Shown here: positions 56,073 through 64,000 of the stretch, piece by piece | Layout: each line of letters begins with the position of its first letter | Position numbering within the stretch: the stretch's first letter is position 1 | NCBI RefSeq assembly: GCF_002113885.1 | Contig: NW_018404017.1 | Location: forward strand, 1,352,281-1,416,280 | DNA length: 64,000 nucleotides | DNA from: Mizuhopecten yessoensis | Taxonomy: Eukaryota | Direction: 5' to 3' | Notes under the pieces: generated by a model | Told to the model about the DNA's origin: nothing | Databases searched by the model: none | The model's input: only the letters and a program-made list of their open reading frames with translations | Translations under genes and position numbers: made by a program

Positions 56073-56587
56073 GCTGATCAACTGTAAGTATTGGTCGTAG
56101 TAGGTGATTTCCTTGGCTGATCTACTGTAAGTATCGGTCGAAGTAGGTGATTTCCTTGGCTGATCTACTGTAAGTAACGGTCGTAGTAGGTGATTTCCTT
56201 GGCTGATCTACTGTAAATAACGGTCGTAGTAGGTGATTTCCTTGGCTGATCTACTTTAAGTATCGGTCGTAGTGAGTGATTTACTTGGCTGATCTACTGT
56301 AAGTATCGGTCGAAGTAGGTGATTTCCTTGGCTGATCTACTGTAAGTATCGGTCGAAGTAGGTGATTTCCTTGCCTGATCTACTGTAAGTATCGGTCGTA
56401 GTAGGTGATTTCCTCGGCTGATCTACTGTAAGTATCGGTCGTAGCGGGTGATTTCCTTGGCTGATCTACTGTAAGTATCGGTCGTAGTAGGTGATTTCCT
56501 TGGCTGATCTACTGTAAGTATCGGTTGTAGTAGGTGATTTCCTTGGCTGATTTACTGTAAGTATCGGTCGTAGTAGGTGATTTCCTT
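56073..56587. repeat. 43-bp minisatellite (CTACTGTAAGTATCGGTCGTAGTAGGTGATTTCCTTGGCTGAT), ~12 copies
   Basis: 43-bp period, near-identical units, no spacers. Confidence 0.97.
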
Positions 56588-59500
56588 CAAAATTAACATT
56601 CCCTACCAAAAACAAATTTACATAAATAGTATTACCTGTTTGGTGTGTCAAGAGCGAGACAGCTGTGTTACATTGCCTATACTCCTGGCTATTTTACACC
56701 TAGAGGTAGTAACTTCAACAATATTAAATGGAACTCAATGTGTGAAATCCCTTTCCCTCTCTAAATAGCTTTTATGTTTTATCAGATCGAATTTGTTATA
56801 TAGGTCTCTATCAATATGGTCTAGCGATGATGCTTTGTTGTCAATTAGGTTAATTGCACTACGCATACTGTTGTACTTTACCAGGAGAAAGTAGTAAAAC
56901 TCGATTGCTACCAAAGCTATGACTCTTTTGTAAGCCCATACGTGTATTTTCTCACTGTTCTAAATAAGGCGCTGTGAATAAATTCTTTTACCAAATAACT
57001 AACATATTACAAACTATTGATGTTTTGTATTTTAAAATAATAAATTAAATTTAAGAAAATTTGCTTTAAATTGTCAACATTTTACCATAGGTTATATTTC
57101 TTATAGTTTCCAATTAATTTTCATAAAGTTTGATTTAGTTTTCTTAGATCACGTTGATAATATTATATATCAAATAGTTTATTTATATACATTGAAAGTA
57201 GTCAAAGACATTTTCATTCAACCATTTCGTTAAGCAAAACGAGCAACTGTATTCTTGGCCGATTAAATCGGAGCCTTATAATAGGTATGGCGTTTTGACT
57301 GACAGGTAATTGCCAGGATGTTGTACGTTTTATACTAAAATAGAAAGACATGCTTTGACTTGATATTTTCTAATGAAACTTGCTTGGATAGATGCTTGAA
57401 TGTACGGCGGGGTCGATACGTTGATCCCTTTCTGTTGACGTTCGGTGAACAATATGCTCCTGTCTATTCGCTCTCACAAGCATACCGATAACAGGATAAT
57501 ATATTTGATGCGTTTAAAATTTCCTGACAGCATAATAAACGCTTGCCTTATATGAATCCCTCTAGAGGAAAGACATGAATTCCAAATTAATTCAATTGGT
57601 AGAGACCTTCACATTTCAGCCTGTCTAAATCGATTTTTAAGATTTTAAATTATCTTTTCTGTCAACAACATCAGTTGCGAGAGGTGTTTATTCCAAGCTT
57701 GATAAAGATGAAGTTCTATACATATATATATAGCTATTGGAAAAATTGGTAGAGCAAAGTAATGGGGATGAAAAAATCGCCTTGAAGCGACCATACTAAT
57801 AACGACTGACTTTGGAGCAATTTACGATAACGGATCATGGTATCCACAATGACAAAGTGAAAGAACAAAAAGGATTATGTCATTTATAGTATTATTAGCT
57901 GAACATATTCAAAATAATCAACTCAAACAAGGTTGCTAATTAGATATGAATCGCTATGAATTAGCAGCGCCTGAATTAGCTACATAGAGCACGTAGCTGG
58001 ATGACATCATCAAGATGAAAAATCATTGCCATCAGAAGGCACTGTTATAACGAAACGCCTACATCTTGGTAGCCGATGGACCCTAAAGATAGGTAAGTCT
58101 ATTAAATTAAACTGTTCTTTATTACCTACCTTTTACAGCAAAGAAACATTTCGATGAAGAGTACAGACAACCTTTTTATGGTCACCATGATGGTCTCATT
58201 TAGCTGTATCAAAAGGCGTAGTTTTTTTGTGTTATTTAGTGTGCCTTGTTGGTTCGTGCAATGAGGACGTAGCATAGTTTTGAGTTGAACGGGTGCCATC
58301 GATAGAGCAGAAGCTGCTAACTCTTGTAGAACACCTTGTATATTTAAATTGTACATTTCCAATGGTCCCAATGTCAATCGTTCACTGTTGTTATATGTTT
58401 GCCTAGTTTGATATATATTTTAGTGGGTTTCGCTGACACATCTGTAATATCTTGGTGTTTTCATCGATACAAATACGTATGTATGGATAACATGTCCTCA
58501 GTTCATATTAATCACAACCTGGGCATGTTGTGTTCTTGTCTAGACGGATATTTATATTGACAAAACATCAGCTGTCACCAAAAAGGGATTTCAGAGGAAC
58601 GGCTGGCTCTTGCGTCATTGGTTGGTGTCTAGCAAGTTGTTTTCTTATTTATATTATATTCTCGCAAATATTACACTAGCTCCTTGCCTGATTCTGCGTT
58701 ATCCTGACTAATAACGTTAGCACGTGTAAGCCATAACTATATGGTTCTGCCCTAACAAAGGCACATGTACAGGTGTAGATAAAGCTTTAACCATTGTTCC
58801 CGTCTTATTGCGCTCTAAGCTAGAACATCTTTGTGAGTACCCGTTTCAACTTTGTTATCCGAGACTAGCACATACCATTTAATATTTTGACAGTTTTTGG
58901 CAAAACAAATGTTTGTATTCGTGTGACTCTAAATAGTTGCTGACATATCTGTTGTTTTTTGCGTTTATTTGTTAATCATTTTGTGTCATGGGAGTGGTGA
59001 TATTAAGGTATTTATCGGCTAGGAGATTTGGAGTCGTAAATTGTGATCATAATCTAAGAAGGTCAAGGGTAAACAAATTGTCTTTTTTATGTTCTTATTC
59101 ACAAGTTTAAACGAACATCAAATTTGAATAAACAGATCAACACAGTGTGTTCCGCATAGAGCATACTTTAGATAGGGATTTTTTTAGCGTTTCATTTTTT
59201 TACAAATGAAATTGACCAAAGAAGAAAATGAACGCCGCTGCCCGAAAACTGATAATAATCTAGTCAATGAAGCAAACGCTGAATTCGCTGTCCCATCATT
59301 ACCCCGCTTACAAACCTATAACAGGAACACAAACATTAACAACTTCTAGTCCGACATTAATTCGGCGAGGTCGGGGGAGGTCGGATAGCATAGTGTAGCG
59401 TCTGCTAGTGCGCTGCAAATGCTCGAATGTCTTACATTGCTTGTACACCTGCAACACTCACCTGTATCTCAGGTAAAGCACGTGCGCCTCGCGCTACGTC

Positions 59501-61138
59501 ATATGTACCCTACAAATACACCACACGTCACCCTAACCAATACAACACAGCGACGACCGTCACAGTGATAAATACAATTTATCTCTCTGTATGGCGTGTC
59601 AAGTTAATTAACAACATTTAGAGACAATATTGATCCAAAAATGTTTTAAATACATTTCATATTTTAAATGTGGTTAGTTGAATGTGGCTGCAGATTGTTT
59701 GCGGTCTTCTCCATATCCCCTAGATAGCAGGCACGGAAGAAAAACCCTGGTTCTACAGAATGCCCCACGTTAGCCGCCTTTTGTGACATACTGGCGGCGG
59801 GATGCCACAGGTATATTCTTGAGTTCTTCAATATCTCCGTAAGAGAAGACAAGGAGGCAGCCACCTCCGATTCTGCAGTGGGGCCATTGTGGTTTACTAG
59901 ACTGGTCGACTATAAATGTTTTATGGTAGGAATTCGGTAGAAGATGATCTAGAACGGTTTACATGAAATACTAATTCTGATGTACCCTTTTGCATTGTAT
60001 ATATTTTTAACAATGTTTCGGAAACCTCAAGTCTTGCACATGGTTCTGTATTTCCCTTTTTTTCCACTTAAATGCCTCTGATTTGTCCAAAAAGGACGAA
60101 ATGGTCATAAGGTAGGGTGCAGATCAATTTAACTCCGCTGTTTGGATCGACTTTATAAATGAAGTATGTGCCTCCTTACTACAAGGATCATTGTAAAAGC
60201 AGTTTTTAATATGTATTAGTTGCAAAAATAATCGAGCTAACTTATGACATGGACTATAACTTCCGGAGTGTCGTTAGAGTTCAATAATCTGTCTTTAAGC
60301 ATGTGTTGAAGATTAATATAATTCCAATTTGCATTAAATCAGCCTTTTCTGAACATTATTGACACACTGACACATTAGTTCCCATAAATCCTCACTTTCA
60401 CACTGACGTGTCGTACAAAATCAATTATTCGTGGGTCATTTTTAATAATTTTCCTTTGCAAACTTTATACTTCCTCGTTATAGATGATGAGAAGTGTTAA
60501 AAGCTGACTCATTGAGAAATGAAGTTTGGGTTTGCGTGTATTGGTATCAATTCTGCCAACATTATAGACAAGATATCTAAAAGGATTGCAACTACGTCAG
60601 GTTTATGTTACAAATAGCGACAATCTAAGAAAGTTAAAAAGGTAAGCTTACTGAATCTCAAATCGTGAAAATAGGTGTAATCTTACTGTGCCTCAGATCT
60701 TTTATAAACGTTTAAGTTCCGCGTGTCTCAGATTGCTACCTGCTACAGTGATTGACACACAGTGGGGTCGTCAGGATGTCGTACTCATTAAATGTTTAGT
60801 GCAGAATAAAACACTACACATAAACTATAGTTCGTGATAATTCATCTGCAAGAACCAACACTCCGTGAAACATTTAATCGTTATATTAAATAAGGAACAA
60901 CATATTTACGAATACGGCTTGTCAATGCAGAAAACCAAACTAAGTTATCAATCTATTGCACGATATGGCGATTTCGTCCATTAGGGAATGGCATAGGTAC
61001 TAAAGGTTACGAAGCTGCTGAACTCATGCATGATTGTAAAGTTAACACAAACCCGGGATCCGGATCTGAAATTTGTACAACTACTCACTTCAAAGAATGA
61101 TTTCCTGGATTAAGCGAAAACATCTTAAAGCTAAACAT

Positions 61139-61139
<1 letters not shown>

Positions 61140-61173
<34 letters not shown>
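61140..61173. repeat. (TG)n microsatellite
   Basis: About 16 TG units. Confidence 0.97.
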
Positions 61174-61174
<1 letters not shown>

Positions 61175-62500
61175 AAAGGGACCTAAGAATTTTCGTATAA
61201 GCAATACACTGCTTGAACGAAATTCTCAGGACACATTCATTATACTTATATAAAAATGGATGCTGGTTTATCACAGTTGTTTACAAAAATACCAGGAACG
61301 ATTGCGATTATTCCATAAAAGAGCTATATTGCCTTTGCAACCAGCCAATATATTTCTCAACTCCCTGGAGAGCATACAGCCGGAGCTGCCATTTCGACGC
61401 TAACAGCTACATGTAGCATTCAACAATTCTAGCACTACCCAACCACTAGTCCGACTTGTTCTGACGTTTTATCAACTTTTTTTTTTATATCGGTCTGTCG
61501 ATTAACGTCAGAACCCCGGCCCTCAATAATATGCGGGAAATAAGCGACCCGCGCCCGGGTCGCACTTCAACCTGATATTTTAGAAACAAATCGTCACTTT
61601 CACACACGTGTCGCACATGGATCGAAAGATCTATTCCTTATACACTAGGTGGTATCAATAACATGTTTCAAAGATCATTCCGAAAAGTATTTTCCAACGT
61701 TTTCTATACCAACCCATGATTTTAGTCACGTGGCATTAGAAGGTGGGGCTATCAAAAAACAAGAGTAAAACAGAGTTTGAAAAAATATGTTTTTAGTGAT
61801 TGTAATGGTTGTTTGAGGCATGCAATTTATATTCATCTTGTGCATAAAGAGTAATGTTCCCGCGTAGGATACGAGAGTACCGACATGTTCGACAAATATA
61901 TATACATATTAAAATTCCTCGCTACATGTGATCAAAATCGTTCACTCAGTCATATCTCGGCAAAGGGACCACTCGGTCTTGGAACGTTGCAAGACGTAGA
62001 ATACGTACATGAAGTAAAACTTTGATATTTCGCGTTATACAGTCGATTGCAACACTTGTAAATAGCAATTAATTAAGTGATACTTTTTCTTCTTTTTTTT
62101 TCATCAGGTAATGAGATGATTACTCCAACTGAGACGCTTGATGGTGAACCCATCACCGAAATCTTTACACATGCTTAACTTGAGTTATCACTCATAACTA
62201 GACCGAAATAGAAATTCCTTCTATTTACAGTATTTTTCTGCCAACACTCCATAGATATTTTAAACGATAATCTGATCAGCGAACACAAGCGTCATTTATT
62301 TTTTTTACAGTGGTATCGGTTAGATTAAAATAACAGAATACAGTTGACATAAGCCTTAGTTATTTCCGCCTACAGCTAATGTCCCTGGTGCCATTCAATT
62401 GTGTCTCAATTGCAGCAAATTTGCATATATCCAGCGACATGTGTTGCTGTCGACGTCATGGTAACCAGCCACGGTCTATAGAAAGGTAATGTGATTTTAC

Positions 62501-62719
62501 CTGAACAGGACGTCTCCAGGTTTCCTTTGGTCTTCCTCTCTTTCTTTTGCCTGGTGTTGTCCGTCTTATTGCTACCCTAGGTTTGGAGTCTGGGTACATT
62601 CTGGAGACGTGTCCAATCCACTTCCATCTCCTTCGCTTGACTTCTTGTTAAAGAGAAATGGTGTTTGTCCTCTGATACAACTCATCATTTGAGATGGTCC
62701 GTGGCCAGAAGATGCGCAG
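62501..62719 (-). pseudogene. RTE-clade LINE ORF C-terminal fragment
   Basis: LRIFWPRTISNDELYQRTNTISL*QEVKRRRWKWIGHVSRM..PRVA...PGKRKRGRPKETWRR, the RTE C-terminal signature. Confidence 0.85.
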
Positions 62720-64000
62720 TAAAATTGTATTAAATTGTAAATAAGAAGATATTTTTCTTCAGAATTATTTTTCTGCGGTTTAGCAAAGAAATTAAAAATA
62801 TTTTTTCTTTTATTTGAAAAATATATTTTCAACATATATTCAATAAACGGAATTAAGAATACAACCTTAATTTGCATTGTGATTTTGTTTAAACTTTTTG
62901 CAAAACGCATATTATGTTAAATATCAGCAATCATTCCATCGACTTTTTTGCGTATGACCTGCATTGCCAAACAAGGCTAGCTTGCTTTGTTCATTGTGTA
63001 TGCCTATTATGCAGCGTTTTATTCTACATGGTCGATCAAGGTGTAGTTACCAGCCGACGCCGTACGATCAGAGGGTCTCAAAGCTTTCAATATATTTGTT
63101 GCGCCATTAGAAAGTATTTACCGGACGTAGTGGGGCATAAGATAGGATTATCATTGTAAACAGATAGTGTATTGATCATGACAAGGCCAGCAGGTCAGGT
63201 TCCTCTCCTTTAAAAACGCGCTACAATAGGGCCTTTGTTATGGGAATGCAACTCTGTAGTTCAAGAAGGATTTCAAAAGTAATAGTATTAAGCTTTATAA
63301 AGACTTTGATCTGATTTTTTTTTATCTTTATAACATACAATAAACTTGTAATTTCGGTTTGAAATCTGGCTTAATCTCGAATGGTAAAGATTTAAACTTG
63401 TACAAAAAGCGAAAATTCTACGGATGAGAGTATTTATAAAGGACTGAAAACCATGGCAGGGGCCTGCATATGAATTAATACCTTTTTTGTCTGGAGAATA
63501 ACATATAAAAGATTATGTAAATGAAAACATATAAACCAGGTAAGCTAAACATTAATAACTCTTTCTTAGCGCTTTTCGTGAGGATAAAACTCCCATCATT
63601 TGTGAATGAACATTACATGTACGTATTGTAAATATCTCGGCATGTTTGTGTAAATAACAGGTGACGCGGTAGTGTAATGCATTAGCTTAGCGAAAGCTTG
63701 TGATAAATCTGCGTAACATTTCATAAATCAACAATAGCCCCGACATACTTGGATCAGAAAGCATGATTGACAATATCAGAATAAATAGAAATAAGCATGT
63801 TAAATGAAACATTGAAAATATTAAAGCCACCAATTCAGAGTTTTCTTGGAGCACAACTCAATTATTTGTCAGTGATATATGTGGAAATCGAATCTGAAAG
63901 CACAAAAAAACATAAATCTATTATACCATTTTAAGATAAAGAAAACAAAAGACTGCTATATCAACTGACAGTACACCAAATCAAGAGAAAAGACATAGCC

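Noticed and set aside
56073-56587. 43-bp array as a CRISPR array
   Set aside because: Head-to-tail units without unique spacers, no cas genes, and a eukaryotic context. The same applies to the 51-, 52- and 26-bp arrays.
58126-58377. Minus-strand ORF ending at an apparent splice donor
   Set aside because: No recognisable product. The plus strand instead shows a faint Penelope-type FYGHHDGLI remnant, too short to call.
62501-62910. Host exon or 112-aa ORF with donor CAG|GTAAAA
   Set aside because: The meaningful frame is an RTE LINE fragment with an internal stop.
27679-63159. Numerous 60-130-aa ORFs in the ORF track
   Set aside because: No recognisable domains, many non-ATG starts, and lengths compatible with chance in this amount of sequence.

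Overview
AT-rich eukaryotic genomic DNA, most likely from a marine invertebrate and probably a bivalve mollusc (inferred from its SINE, Penelope and Crypton-like repeats). No intact host gene is convincingly present; the window is mostly a graveyard of transposable elements. 1.7-7.2 kb is a 51/52-bp satellite into which CR1/L2-group LINE pieces are joined repeatedly at the same 14-bp motif. Also present: two decayed Penelope-like elements, a decayed L1/Tx1 element, an RTE fragment, tRNA-derived SINEs, a putative solo LTR, a 35-bp micro-MITE with a 7-bp TSD, several ~100-160-bp hairpins, and 26-bp and 43-bp minisatellites. The two most interesting signals are (1) a cleanly delimited 2.44-kb TIR DNA transposon (22911-25348) with GAG..CTC termini, a 6-bp TSD and a decayed ORF that I cannot assign to a known superfamily, and (2) apparent site-specific targeting of the satellite by diverged CR1/L2-like LINEs. 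All homology calls come from motif recognition by eye; no database search was run.
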